Positions 30,619 to 40,706 of a stretch of 64,000 nucleotides of DNA are shown piece by piece. The stretch comes from Thermoproteota archaeon (GTDB lineage: Archaea; Thermoproteota; Thermoprotei_A; Sulfolobales; Ignisphaeraceae). Under the pieces are notes generated by a model. The model saw only the letters and a list, made by a program, of their open reading frames with translations. It did no database searches and was not told where the DNA came from. The DNA is taken from contig JAUQPB010000001.1 of NCBI GenBank assembly GCA_030550585.1, positions 352,001 to 416,000 of the forward strand, written 5' to 3'. Numbering within the stretch: position 1 is the stretch's first letter; each line of letters opens with the position of its first letter. A program made the translations under genes and the position numbers.

Positions 30619-30843
30619 GTGTCTGCCAAGATAACTGTTAGGATTCCTCTAGAGCTGAAGAGGCGCATGGAGAGGTTTTCTAGTGTTAATTGGAGTGATG
30701 TTGTTAGGAGAGCTATTGAGGAAAAGCTGAGGGAGCTCGAGGTCAGGGAGGCCATTGAGGCCATGGATGAGATAGCCTCAAAAGCTAGGTCTGTAAGGTC
30801 TTTGGCTGAGGTTATAAGAGAGTTTAGGGATAGAAGGAGATGA
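30619..30843 (+). CDS. vapB: RHH-type antitoxin
   Basis: ITVRIPLELKRRMERFSSVNWSDVVRRAIEEK...IREFRDRR. Confidence 0.9.
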   Translation: MSAKITVRIPLELKRRMERFSSVNWSDVVRRAIEEKLRELEVREAIEAMDEIASKARSVRSLAEVIREFRDRRR

Positions 30844-31268
30844 AGAACATTGTTCTAGATGCTAGCGCTGTTGTTAAGTGGTTTGTGAGGGAAGATGAAT
30901 TTGAGGAGATGAAGAGGGTCAGGGATTTAATCGTAGGCAGTAAGGTGAGGGCATATATCCCGGCACTACTATTTATAGAGGTTTCCAATGCTCTTAGATA
31001 CACCGAGGGCCTAACACCCGAAGACATTATTAAAGCCATTGGCGCTCTTCAAAAACTTGGACTAGAGGTTGTAAATGATTCCGAGTTGCTCGAGGACGCT
31101 ATTAGGATAGCCTTTGAGAAGGAGATCACAGTATACGACTCGATATATCTATCGCTGGCAAAGAGAGTGGGCGGAGTTGTTATAACATACGATAGGGAGA
31201 TGCTCAACAAGAGCGGGGGTATAGCCATGAAGGCAAGTGCCTTCCTAAAACAATTTGCAACAGCATAA
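30840..31268 (+). CDS. vapC: VapC/PIN toxin
   Basis: VLDASAVVKWF, IEVSNAL, TVYDSIYLSLA, ITYD; ATGA overlap. Confidence 0.92.
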   Translation: MKNIVLDASAVVKWFVREDEFEEMKRVRDLIVGSKVRAYIPALLFIEVSNALRYTEGLTPEDIIKAIGALQKLGLEVVNDSELLEDAIRIAFEKEITVYDSIYLSLAKRVGGVVITYDREMLNKSGGIAMKASAFLKQFATA

Positions 31269-31444
31269 TATCACAAACCTTCTACCTGCCCATTAAAATG
31301 CCTCAAGATCCTTCAAGGTGCAAATCCCTTTATCTACATGTGTTAATGGGTTGTAGCTGTGGGGTTATATAATGGTTTGTGAAGAGAGCTAGCGAGAAAC
31401 ATATAAAACTTTGATACGGTATAGCAAAGTCTTGTTGGTGTTGT

Positions 31445-31798
31445 TGGGCATGTTAGGGTGCGTGCAAGGGTGTGAAATGTTGAGGAGCCGTCAAGGTGTA
31501 GAGAGGTGGAGCTCCTAGCCGATACAGGGCTATATACACAGTACTGCCCACAAATCTTCTGATGGAGCTTGGTGTAAAGCCTGTTGGGAAGAGGAGGTTT
31601 AGGCTGGCAAACAACCAGGTTATTGAGCGTGACATCGACATCGTTGGCATATAGATACAGGGAATGAAAACCCATACAATAGCAGTTTTCGGAAACGAAA
31701 ACATCTACCTACTCGGCATAGTAACCCTTGAGGAACTGGGTCTAGAGATAGACCTTGTGAAAGGCGGGCTCAGACCCATGGAACCCCTACTAATGTAG
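31445..31798 (+). pseudogene. Clan AA (retropepsin-like) aspartyl protease, inactivated
   Basis: GHVRVRARV*NVEEPSRCREVELLADTG|IYTVLP...GI*IQG...LLGIVTLEELGLEID; two stops and a frameshift. Confidence 0.85.
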
Positions 31799-31975
31799 AG
31801 ACAAAACAACTACTAGATAGGCTCTTCGCAAAACACCACGCCAGCGCAACCATTACCTGCACTATACCTAAACCAAACTCACACACATTTTAAAGCTTAC
31901 AACTACATCACATCATATGCTATTAAGTTTGTGTGGGCTAGGGTTGTCGAAGGCAATAGAATTGGTTGTAGAGAT

Positions 31976-32521
31976 TCACGGTATTGCCCTTAGTATTATG
32001 TTTGCTATTAGTGTTGCTATTACCGATCCCGTTAATATCCACGATATTTTCGTTATATAGTCCATTCTCTTATCTAAGGCATCTATCCTCTTGTCTAGAT
32101 CATCTATTCTCTTTGTCAGCTCTGTGTATGCTCCTTCTAGCTTCGATACCCTATCCCTCAATTCTGAAATATCCCTCCTCAACTCGTTTATGTTGTTGAA
32201 TACCTCTGATCTCAGGCTTTCAATAGATCTATTCACATTTTCTATGTGGCCCATAAACTCTTTTCTATGCTCTAAAAATTCGTGTCTTAAACTCTCTATA
32301 GACTCTCTAAAGCTCTTTTCAAGAGATTTTATTTCGCTTCTTAAGCCATTCTCAACCCTCTCCAAATCGCTTTTCGTTGCAACATCTCTTAGAATAGCGT
32401 TTATCATAGCCAATCTTATGTCAGGTTCGGAAACAAGTAGCTCAGCAAGCCTCTTCCTAGCCCTGGCATCCACCTCGAAAAGCCTAACAACATCCTCGGC
32501 GGTGAGACCCATGGAATTCAC
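31976..32521 (-). CDS. Coiled-coil protein with C-terminal membrane anchor (ATKxD family)
   Basis: DVATKSDL, heptad repeats (RIDDLDKRIDALDKR), hydrophobic C-terminus. Confidence 0.8.
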   Translation of the reverse strand: MNSMGLTAEDVVRLFEVDARARKRLAELLVSEPDIRLAMINAILRDVATKSDLERVENGLRSEIKSLEKSFRESIESLRHEFLEHRKEFMGHIENVNRSIESLRSEVFNNINELRRDISELRDRVSKLEGAYTELTKRIDDLDKRIDALDKRMDYITKISWILTGSVIATLIANIILRAIP

Positions 32522-32747
32522 ATAGAGAGTATATAGCTTTTCAACTATTTAAGCATTGCTTAGCCAAAGCCAAAAACACTAAAATAAAATAGAATTTAGT
32601 GTGCCGCCTTACAGCATTGAGTTTCCTTGGAGCAACACTTAATACAACTAAAAACCTTTGCTTAAGCCCACCACCTATTCCTAGAGATGGTGTTGGAGTT
32701 CAGCATTGATCGTAGGTGAAATAGCCTCGAATTAGTAAGCATATTGG

Positions 32748-32797
32748 TCACCTTAACATTCCCTCATCATATATCAGTAACTCGGACCCACGATCAT
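32748..32797 (-). ncRNA. Box C/D sRNA candidate (degenerate C and D boxes)
   Basis: ATGATCG-TGGGTCCGAGTTA-CTGA-tat-ATGATGA-GGGAATGTTAAG-GTGA. Confidence 0.45.
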
Positions 32798-33018
32798 CCC
32801 AAAACTGCTACAAGTAAACGTGGGTGAATTGGAACAGTGTCGATGGCTTATTCAGCTCTGCAGGCAGCTCTGTTTACTCTCCTAGAGCTCGAGACGTCTA
32901 AGAAAACTGCAGATCATGTCTATATTACAGCACCTAAAAACTTTGTGCGCACAATCACCACATAAAAGAATTGCATGGTTTCACTATCGCAATTTGAGAG
33001 AAGCTGTCGATTTAGTGT

Positions 33019-33370
33019 ATGGGCTTTGAAAACAGTGCATTAGATCAAGTAACCGTTTTGATCCCCGTATTGAATGAGGAGAAGGCTATTGGTATAGTAT
33101 TAGACGAGGTTATAAAAACTGGTGCCCTCTCAAAAACATCATAGTAGTTGATGGTGGTAGCACCGATAAAACAGTAGAAATAGCTAAATCTAAAAATGTG
33201 TTGGTGGTGCCCCAGAGAGGTAGGGACAAGGCCGATGCAATAAAAATGGGTTTAGAGTATGTGAAGATATATCGTTGTGATGGACGGTGATGGTACCTAC
33301 CCTGCAGAGTATATACCGAGGCTTCTAAGGAAAATGAAGGACGGTGGATGCTGTACCATGGATTCTATAA
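33019..33370 (+). pseudogene. GT2 (Dol-P-mannose synthase-like) remnant
   Basis: VTVLIPVLNEEKAIG | IIVVDGGSTDKTVEIA | YIVVMDGDGTYP with frameshifts. Confidence 0.85.
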
Positions 33371-33568
33371 CAAATATCGCTACACCACATGATTCTACAT
33401 GTCTAGAGGATTAAATCAGCTAAAGCATGTGCATAGGGTTCATGGAGTTGGAGTATTTTATACATTGCATTATTTTGTTCTTGCACCATGTGATCGCCTA
33501 TGCTATTGGTTTTAGAGACCTTATATTCGAGAAGAATTCGCTGGTATAATAAATTATGGAAAAGTTGG

Positions 33569-33620
33569 TCAGTGATCGAGGGCCTCTTCATCTGATTCAT
33601 CTAAACCCCGTTTTCATCAT
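33569..33620 (-). ncRNA. Box C/D guide sRNA candidate
   Basis: ATGATGA-AAACGGGGTTTAG-ATGA-atcag-ATGAAGA-GGCCCTCGATCA-CTGA. Confidence 0.65.
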
Positions 33621-33680
33621 CGAGTCGATCTCTAGGCACACCCTGTTTATAAAGTATTATCATGTGCTAACATAGTTTTT

Positions 33681-33980
33681 GTGGTATATATGTCGATGGA
33701 ATTTGACTATGTGTTGCCTAGAAAAAGTGTGCCGCCCCAGTTCATAGTCTTGTCTATAATAGCAAAATACAACGGTTTAACGCTATCACAATTGTATTCA
33801 TTGGTTAAGCAGAGCAGATGCAATGAATCCTTCGACAAATTGTCTGTCAAGGATCTGGAGAACGATCTGAATATGTTGCGTATCCTCGGGTTGGTGGAAG
33901 AGTCTGGTGGTGTATATACTGTGACTGAGAAGGGTAGGTTTGTTCTAGGGAAATTCACAAATAATGGTAAATGCCTCTAA
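33681..33980 (+). CDS. Small winged-helix protein
   Basis: IVLSII..GLTLSQLY...LxxLGLVE...YTVTEKGR. Confidence 0.7.
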   Translation: MVYMSMEFDYVLPRKSVPPQFIVLSIIAKYNGLTLSQLYSLVKQSRCNESFDKLSVKDLENDLNMLRILGLVEESGGVYTVTEKGRFVLGKFTNNGKCL

Positions 33981-33987
33981 CAGCTGC

Positions 33988-35331
33988 TTAGAAGAAGTAT
34001 GAAATGATGTAGCCCTGCAACATGAAGAGTATTATAGATGCTGATGATGTTGTTGCAAGTAGTAGTAGTGCTGCTTTCGGGTTTTGAACGCTCATTCTAT
34101 CTCCATCGCTCTCCGATTTTTTGACGCACGAGTATATTATTTTGAAGGCGTACCCCGTGGACACTACGATGACGATGAAAAATAGTGCAGCGTAGAGATG
34201 GAAGATGCTACCCAATGCAAAAATTTTTAGGAAAATGAATAGCTCTGACCAGAATGTTAGGAATGGGGGTAGCCCCAGAAGCCCTAGAGAAGATGCTACT
34301 ATAACATATCTTGCAAGACTATTGTCCCACATGTAAGCATATCCAACCTCGCGAATTTGCATCATTTCCAACATTGTATATGCTATTAGGAAGACAGGTA
34401 CTTTTGATAGAGCGTGCGCCAGAATGTGAAGGGCTCCATAGTCAACAACATTGTTTGCAAATGCCAAGACAAGGTAGTTCATGTGCGCCACAGTGCTGTA
34501 GGCTAGCAGTCTCCTGAAATCGCTTTGGAACAGCGAGGCTAGCGAACCTATAAAAGCTGTTAGAATAGAGAGGGCTGAGACCAGGTTTCGAATGAGCGCG
34601 CCACCATTATACGCAAAAAGCCCAGCAACATAGGTTGCAACCGGTGTTACCGCCCCCATATGCATTATTGCCAACGTTGAAAGCATTGACACATCGGCAT
34701 CGGGCACCCAGAAGTAGAATGGAAACACAGCCGCTTCTGTCAGAAAACCTATGACAATAAACATTTTCGATGGAACAGAGGCCCTACTCAAGATTACGCT
34801 AATTGATGTCGAGTCGCATTCAGCTACACTTAGAACAATTCCTATCAAAGCCATTAGAGAGCCTATAACACACACCAGAACATACTTCATTGTTGCCTCA
34901 TATTCTTCTCTTGTGTGGCGAATATTCAAAGCCGCTATAGTTGTGTAACTCAGCCCCTCCCAATAGATGAACAGCTTAATGATGTCGTTAACCTGGGTTG
35001 TTGTTGCAAGTGTTACCAGCATTGTAAGAGAATTGAACAGGACGAGAAGCATTGAAATAAGAACCTTCCTAGGAGTGTAGATATACCTTCTAATGGATAT
35101 TATATAGCCTTCTGAAATAAGCGATACAAGCGCTGAAACAACCCCCACAAGCCCAGTTAAACCACGAATGCTAAGAGCTATTGCCATTTGCACCAACGTA
35201 GTGGCAATGGCTATGTATATTGGGATGAAGTCGTATCTTCTCCCAAGCCTTTTCAAAACTATTGTTGCCAATGCCATTAGGGTTACTGAGGATAGTGTTA
35301 CCAGTATTAAGAGCTGCTCATAGGAGATCAT
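33988..35331 (-). CDS. Antiporter-like membrane subunit (NuoM/N-like) of the hydrogenase complex
   Basis: LFIYWE, EATMKY, FPFYFWVPDA, DFRRLLAYST, GLPPFLTFWSE. Confidence 0.85.
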   Translation of the reverse strand: MISYEQLLILVTLSSVTLMALATIVLKRLGRRYDFIPIYIAIATTLVQMAIALSIRGLTGLVGVVSALVSLISEGYIISIRRYIYTPRKVLISMLLVLFNSLTMLVTLATTTQVNDIIKLFIYWEGLSYTTIAALNIRHTREEYEATMKYVLVCVIGSLMALIGIVLSVAECDSTSISVILSRASVPSKMFIVIGFLTEAAVFPFYFWVPDADVSMLSTLAIMHMGAVTPVATYVAGLFAYNGGALIRNLVSALSILTAFIGSLASLFQSDFRRLLAYSTVAHMNYLVLAFANNVVDYGALHILAHALSKVPVFLIAYTMLEMMQIREVGYAYMWDNSLARYVIVASSLGLLGLPPFLTFWSELFIFLKIFALGSIFHLYAALFFIVIVVSTGYAFKIIYSCVKKSESDGDRMSVQNPKAALLLLATTSSASIILFMLQGYIISYFF

Positions 35332-37016
35332 AGTATATGCACCAAAACAGCCAGGATCATAACAACTAAAACAAAGATTAGTAGATAGAGTAGGAAGTTA
35401 GAGGGCTTGCCTGTATGGAGAGAGGAGGCCAATGCAGCAAAATTCTTGTAGAAAACCTTTCCCAACGCCATATAGGCCTTGTCTAAATAGAGTGAAGACT
35501 CTATGAAATCTCTGAGCTCCTCCCAAGGACTCTCAGCTACTAGGGTGGTTGGGGCCTTATATAAATATAGAATTGATGCTAGTATCCCTATCAATGTTGA
35601 GATCAAGAGAATTGCATTGATGCTATATATATCACTTGTATCAATACAAACACTACAGATGTTGACTATTGGCAGAGGTAACAACAAAACAACTACTAAT
35701 AAAACAGCTATCGGTATTGCCATATACCAATCAATTCTATGCTCAAAAACCTTTTCCGGTTTGCCGTAAAAGAATGTTATTATTGCTGCTCTCATAATGA
35801 ATAGAGCCAGCATAAAAGAGAGCAACGAGGAAATTGTCAATGCTACTGCATGCGGCACCACACCTGTCAAACCCTCTAATATATGCTCTTTAACAAAGCC
35901 TGAGAAAAGAGGTGGTATGCCAGCAGCGCTCAACGCGCCAATAACAAACGCTATTGCCTCGAACTTGAAGTTTTGGTGATATAACCCATGAACTATTCTC
36001 ATATCTCTTGAATGCGCTGAATGCTCAACCACACCAGCTGTATAGAATAGCATTGCCTTGAAGGTTGCATGACTAATGAAATACAGAACTGCTAGCGCAT
36101 AGTTCTTTTGGATTATGGCTAGAAGCATTATCGAGATGCTTGAAACGGTGCTGTAAGCCAAAACTCTTTTGATATCGTATGCTACTAGCCCTGCTAAAGA
36201 GGCTAAAAACAATGTTGCTAGCAAAGCTATGAAAAGAATATTTGCAGCCATTGTATCGGCTATTATGACATTGGAAAAGCGCAGAACCAGATAAACCCCT
36301 GCCTTAACCAATGTTGCTGCATGCAAAAGCGCGCTCACAGGAGTCGGACCCTCCATCGCATCTGGCAACCAGGTGTGCAATGGGAATTGAGCTGATTTTC
36401 CTATAGCAGACAAAACTATGGCTATAGATACAAATGATGGTATAATGCTTGACTCTAACCGTGAAATAGATGTTATTCCATGCATTAATGCATATGCCAC
36501 AGCGATAGCCAAGCCAATGTCGCTCATACGCGTCATTACAAGTGCTTTTACCCCTGCAATCCTAGCTTCTTCCTTCCACCACCAATAGGCAATCAAGAGT
36601 GCGCTACAAAGACCTATAAGCTCCCAATGCATAAAGAGGTGCAAGATATCATCTGTTAACACAAGATTGGTCATGGAGCCTATGAACAATACGAATAGAG
36701 AATAGTATCTTACATAGTCTCTCTCGCTATGCATATAGCCTATGCTATACAATGTTGATAGAAACCCAATTAGATTTACCATCAAGGCAAAAATCTTTGA
36801 TATTGCATCGACTCTAAACGTTATCCCTGCTATTGTTAGAATGGTGTTGTTATTGACAACAATTTGCAGTAGTACTGAGGCTAAGAAAGAGATGAGTGTC
36901 GAGGCTACAGATACTAGCTCAACTAACCTCCTCCTACCAACACCAAACAACAGTATTAATGCCACACCTATGAAGTTTGTGAACAGAGCTAGGAACAATA
37001 TCAATTCTCCAACCAT
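35328..37016 (-). CDS. NuoL-like antiporter subunit
   Basis: WELIGLCS, GKSAQFPLHTWLPDAMEGPTPVSALLHAAT, DIKRVLAYST. Confidence 0.92.
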   Translation of the reverse strand: MVGELILFLALFTNFIGVALILLFGVGRRRLVELVSVASTLISFLASVLLQIVVNNNTILTIAGITFRVDAISKIFALMVNLIGFLSTLYSIGYMHSERDYVRYYSLFVLFIGSMTNLVLTDDILHLFMHWELIGLCSALLIAYWWWKEEARIAGVKALVMTRMSDIGLAIAVAYALMHGITSISRLESSIIPSFVSIAIVLSAIGKSAQFPLHTWLPDAMEGPTPVSALLHAATLVKAGVYLVLRFSNVIIADTMAANILFIALLATLFLASLAGLVAYDIKRVLAYSTVSSISIMLLAIIQKNYALAVLYFISHATFKAMLFYTAGVVEHSAHSRDMRIVHGLYHQNFKFEAIAFVIGALSAAGIPPLFSGFVKEHILEGLTGVVPHAVALTISSLLSFMLALFIMRAAIITFFYGKPEKVFEHRIDWYMAIPIAVLLVVVLLLPLPIVNICSVCIDTSDIYSINAILLISTLIGILASILYLYKAPTTLVAESPWEELRDFIESSLYLDKAYMALGKVFYKNFAALASSLHTGKPSNFLLYLLIFVLVVMILAVLVHIL

Positions 37017-37019
37017 AAG

Positions 37020-37307
37020 CTACCCCCTCATCGAGCTTAGCTCATCTATATTCTCAATCTTGAATTTCCTAGCAAGAGATATCATAAAGGAAATAAGCAC
37101 TGCTTCACCTCCCCCAAACAAAGAGGTCAATACTATGATTATCCATTGCGCAGTTTCCAAGTTGCTAAGCAAAACTGCGGCAAGAAGTAATATGGACAGT
37201 TCTATTGATAGAAAACCAATTAAAGTCTTCAACATGTTTTTCCATTGAATTATTGCAATTATGCCCGCAAAAAACAATATTAAACTCGGTATAAGAGCTT
37301 CTATCAC
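37020..37307 (-). CDS. NuoK (ND4L)-like subunit
   Basis: KNMLKTLIGFLSIE...GGEAVLI; 3 TM. Confidence 0.8.
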   Translation of the reverse strand: MIEALIPSLILFFAGIIAIIQWKNMLKTLIGFLSIELSILLLAAVLLSNLETAQWIIIVLTSLFGGGEAVLISFMISLARKFKIENIDELSSMRG

Positions 37308-37750
37308 TTGCCCTCACCCATGAGAGTTATTATAGCAACATTTATGCTGACAAAAAATAGTATTACTGCGAGAAAGTCTTGGATAGGCACCTTTAGAACA
37401 ACACTAGCTTTTCCGCCGGGTTGAGCTTGTAGACCAAGGCCACCGATAACAGCAAGAGAACAAGCAACGCTAATTATGGTTAATACAACAATTTTTATGG
37501 CATTGCTACGCCAATTTATGCTACTAGGCTGTGGTAGCACAAGTGTGGCTAGATACATTAGAGCTACAATAATGCCAGAAAACATGAATATCACGATCAA
37601 ACCAACATACACTGCTATGTAAATACCTATTGAAACACCAATTAGAAGGCTCCCTACAAAGATCTCCAGTATACATCTCCAAGCCTTTACATCTAGCAAG
37701 GCCAAGACAATCATTATCGCTCCAGCGAAACTAAGCAGAACCTCTAGCAT
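37304..37750 (-). CDS. NuoJ-like membrane subunit
   Basis: 5 hydrophobic segments; lies between the I- and K-like genes. Confidence 0.6.
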   Translation of the reverse strand: MLEVLLSFAGAIMIVLALLDVKAWRCILEIFVGSLLIGVSIGIYIAVYVGLIVIFMFSGIIVALMYLATLVLPQPSSINWRSNAIKIVVLTIISVACSLAVIGGLGLQAQPGGKASVVLKVPIQDFLAVILFFVSINVAIITLMGEGK

Positions 37751-38100
37751 TTTGACCTCGGCCTCAATATGACTAAATCTCTCCTCATTTCAATAGCATT
37801 AAACTGGCAAACTTGTGCACATAAACCACAGTATATACATTTGAAGTAATTGAACTCCGGTCTTCTAACTGGCAATGTCTTGCCACCAACATTCTTCTCA
37901 CCAACGATCTTCATCGTTATGGCATTGCTAGGGCAGTTCATAGCGCATAGTGAACAACCAGTGCATTTCTCCGGTATTAATACGGGGCATCCTCTGCTAT
38001 ATGGGCTAAAAACACCTTTTTCTACCTCTGCCAGAGGCTCTGTAGATGGTTTTGAAAAAAGGCTCTTCAAAACTTCCTTCAACATTGTTAACCGGGTCAT
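37744..38100 (-). CDS. NuoI-like 2x[4Fe-4S] ferredoxin subunit
   Basis: CTGCSLCAMNCP and CIYCGLCAQVCQ; ATG 38100 overlaps the upstream stop. Confidence 0.92.
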   Translation of the reverse strand: MTRLTMLKEVLKSLFSKPSTEPLAEVEKGVFSPYSRGCPVLIPEKCTGCSLCAMNCPSNAITMKIVGEKNVGGKTLPVRRPEFNYFKCIYCGLCAQVCQFNAIEMRRDLVILRPRSKC

Positions 38101-39059
38101 TATATCAGCCCAACATCTTTCAATATGAACAATATAAAGGCTTGGATAACAAGCATTATTATACCTCTTTCCCAAAGCCGCTGGGGCATAAAAACTTCTC
38201 TGACCCTGACAGCCATGCCTTGTAATATTACAAGCAGTAGTAATACGATAATCATCTTGACAATAAAGTATATTGGATATAGCCAGGGAAAATCATAGGT
38301 CATGGGGCCTTGTCCACCCCCCAGAAACACTGTTGTTATTAAAGCAACGCCATACACCATTTCCAGATCCTTGCCCAGCTGTATGAAGGCTAATCTTCTA
38401 CAACAGTATTCGGTCATCCAGCCAGCAGCTATCTCCTGCTTCGCATGAGGTAGATCAAATGGTGGTTTCTCTAGCTTTGCAAGAAGAGCTATTAGCGCTA
38501 CAACAAAGCCTAGGGGCTGCACTAATAGTATTGGGTACCGAGACTGCACTTTAACTATATCGGACATTGATAGTGTGTTGCATTGCATAAAAGGTAGAGC
38601 TAGTGTTATTAACAGAAGCGATTCATACATTGCATACTGTACAACGAGCCTTCCTGTACCGACAACTGTAAATGATGATTGGATAGATAATCCCATTAGA
38701 GTTTGCGCTACTGCCGACAACGCAAAGGTTAGCGGTACTACAATGAAATCCTCATTGAAGCTGTAAAGAGATGTCGAAACAAATAAGGGTATAAAGAGTA
38801 GACCAAGTACAGAGCTCAGCACATAGAGAATAATAGAAAAGTCGGCTAGATAAGTATTCATACCTTCAATCTCAACCTCCTCTTTTAGAAGTAATTTTGC
38901 AAAATCATAAAATGGTTGTAAAACACCTTTAAACCCTGTTAACAACGGGCCTACACGCCACTGGATTCTAGCGATAAGTTTTCTTTCAATCCATTCGAAA
39001 ATTAGAGCCAAGACTATGAACGCGATTAAAAAGATTAGCGTAAGAACTACTACAAACGT
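38100..39059 (-). CDS. NuoH-like membrane subunit, apparent ACG start at 39059
   Basis: ERKLIARIQWRVGP, LQPFYDFAKLLLKE, PFDLPHAKQEI; TM1 lies upstream of the first TTG. Confidence 0.9.
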   Translation of the reverse strand, partial: TFVVVLTLIFLIAFIVLALIFEWIERKLIARIQWRVGPLLTGFKGVLQPFYDFAKLLLKEEVEIEGMNTYLADFSIILYVLSSVLGLLFIPLFVSTSLYSFNEDFIVVPLTFALSAVAQTLMGLSIQSSFTVVGTGRLVVQYAMYESLLLITLALPFMQCNTLSMSDIVKVQSRYPILLVQPLGFVVALIALLAKLEKPPFDLPHAKQEIAAGWMTEYCCRRLAFIQLGKDLEMVYGVALITTVFLGGGQGPMTYDFPWLYPIYFIVKMIIVLLLLVILQGMAVRVREVFMPQRLWERGIIMLVIQAFILFILKDVGLI

Positions 39060-39065
39060 TTTTAC

Positions 39066-40706
39066 TCACCTAATTCTTTTATTTTCCTTTCTCAACTTGT
39101 TAAAGTCGACGAAAAACACGCTATTATGATTTTTATCAACAACGAGAGCTCTGTCCATGCAGCTAAAACATGGGTCAATAGATGTTATGATTACTGGCAC
39201 ATCTGATAAGGTATAGCCCTTCAGCATATCAGCCGCTAGAAGAATATTTGCTAGTGTAGGTGTCCTTATCTTAACTCTGTGGGGATTTCTAGAGTTTGCC
39301 GCTTTAACATAATAGAATAGTTCTCCTCTTGGTGCCTCTGTCCTAGCCACAGCCTCTCCTTCTTTAACTACTCCAATGACAAGAGTTTTTGGAACTGGAT
39401 TCTCATTTCTAGGCATTTTCTCGATACACTGTCTTATTATATTAATAGACTCTAGCACTTCTTTGATTCTCACCATAGTCACATTAAACACGTCGCCACC
39501 CTTACCTGTAACCACATTAAAATCTATCTCATCGTAGGCCCCATAGGGCTCAACTTTTCTTATGTCATAGGGAATCCCAGTAGCTCTTATCATTGGTCCA
39601 ACAGCACCTAATCTAATTGCATGCTCAGCATTATACATTCCAATACCTTTGATTCTTTCTACTAGTGGTTCATACGACATTATCTCGTCTATGAGTTTCT
39701 TATAGTCTTTCTCAAATTCTGCTATAGTCTTTGCAACTGTATTCAGTTTTTCGTCTGTCACATCCCTTCTTACACCACCAAATGCTATAAATGATTTGTG
39801 AACCCTATTACCTGTTAAAAGGTCGAGCAAAGACATTATTTTTTCTCTTAATCTCCAAATCCACATGAACATGCTTTCGAATCCAGTCCAATAGCCTAAG
39901 AGACCTATCCACAACACATGGCTGTGAATCCTCTCGAGCTCTGCTATCATAGTCCTTAGATACTCAGCTTTTTTACTTGGCTTAACATTCAGAAGCTCTT
40001 CAACAGCTAATGTAAATGTCCATGAGTGTATAAAGCTGCAAATACCGCAAATCCTTTCAACTAGAAACAGATCCTGCAGAAAGGTCCTACCCTCAGCAAT
40101 TTTTTCTATACCTCTGTGCACATGGCCTATCTTCGGAATTACATCAACTATTGTCTCCCCTTCCAATACTAGAATAAATCTCTCCGGCTCTTTTAATGCT
40201 GGGTGATATGGACCAAAAGGTAAGAGGATAACCGACTCAGCACTATACCTAGACGAGCCGGTGACATAAATCTGTGGCTCTCCCAACATGCAACCTGCTA
40301 CAACCTTCTCCAAATCTTCTTGTTTCACATTCCTAAGCAACGGATGTACATCATTGGGGAAGCAGTCTGGTAGTAAAACCCTTTTCCCAGTGAATGGGTT
40401 TCCATCAAATGCCACACCAAAGAGTTCAGAAACCTCCTGTTCATATATGGAGGCTGCTGGAGCTACTGAGGCTATGGATGGTAGAGTCTTCTTGTCCTCT
40501 GGTATTCTAGTTGAAATATTTTTTAATGCGCCTCTGAAATCGCTGAAGGTGTATATAAGCTCTATGCTCTTCTCTTTTTCATCATGCACAGCAGTTACTG
40601 AGACTAGATGTGGATAACTCGACAGCGTCTTGCTGGCAACCTCTACAATACTATGGGGCTCTGTATATGCCTTATCCTCTATTCTGCTCCTCCCCACAAC
40701 CACCAC
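39066..40706 (-). CDS. Group 4 [NiFe]-hydrogenase large subunit, fused NuoC+NuoD (HycE-like)
   Basis: PFGPYHPAL, HRGIEK, ERICGICSFIH (L1), DPCFSCMDR (L2) with 27-aa tail. Confidence 0.92.
   Translation of the reverse strand: MVVVGRSRIEDKAYTEPHSIVEVASKTLSSYPHLVSVTAVHDEKEKSIELIYTFSDFRGALKNISTRIPEDKKTLPSIASVAPAASIYEQEVSELFGVAFDGNPFTGKRVLLPDCFPNDVHPLLRNVKQEDLEKVVAGCMLGEPQIYVTGSSRYSAESVILLPFGPYHPALKEPERFILVLEGETIVDVIPKIGHVHRGIEKIAEGRTFLQDLFLVERICGICSFIHSWTFTLAVEELLNVKPSKKAEYLRTMIAELERIHSHVLWIGLLGYWTGFESMFMWIWRLREKIMSLLDLLTGNRVHKSFIAFGGVRRDVTDEKLNTVAKTIAEFEKDYKKLIDEIMSYEPLVERIKGIGMYNAEHAIRLGAVGPMIRATGIPYDIRKVEPYGAYDEIDFNVVTGKGGDVFNVTMVRIKEVLESINIIRQCIEKMPRNENPVPKTLVIGVVKEGEAVARTEAPRGELFYYVKAANSRNPHRVKIRTPTLANILLAADMLKGYTLSDVPVIITSIDPCFSCMDRALVVDKNHNSVFFVDFNKLRKENKRIR

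Noticed and set aside
31343-31704. Two minus-strand ORFs
   Set aside because: Antisense to the aspartyl protease pseudogene
39066-40706. Annotation as NADH dehydrogenase NuoCD or Mbx
   Set aside because: All four Ni-ligand cysteines are present, and no nuoEFG genes are in the operon
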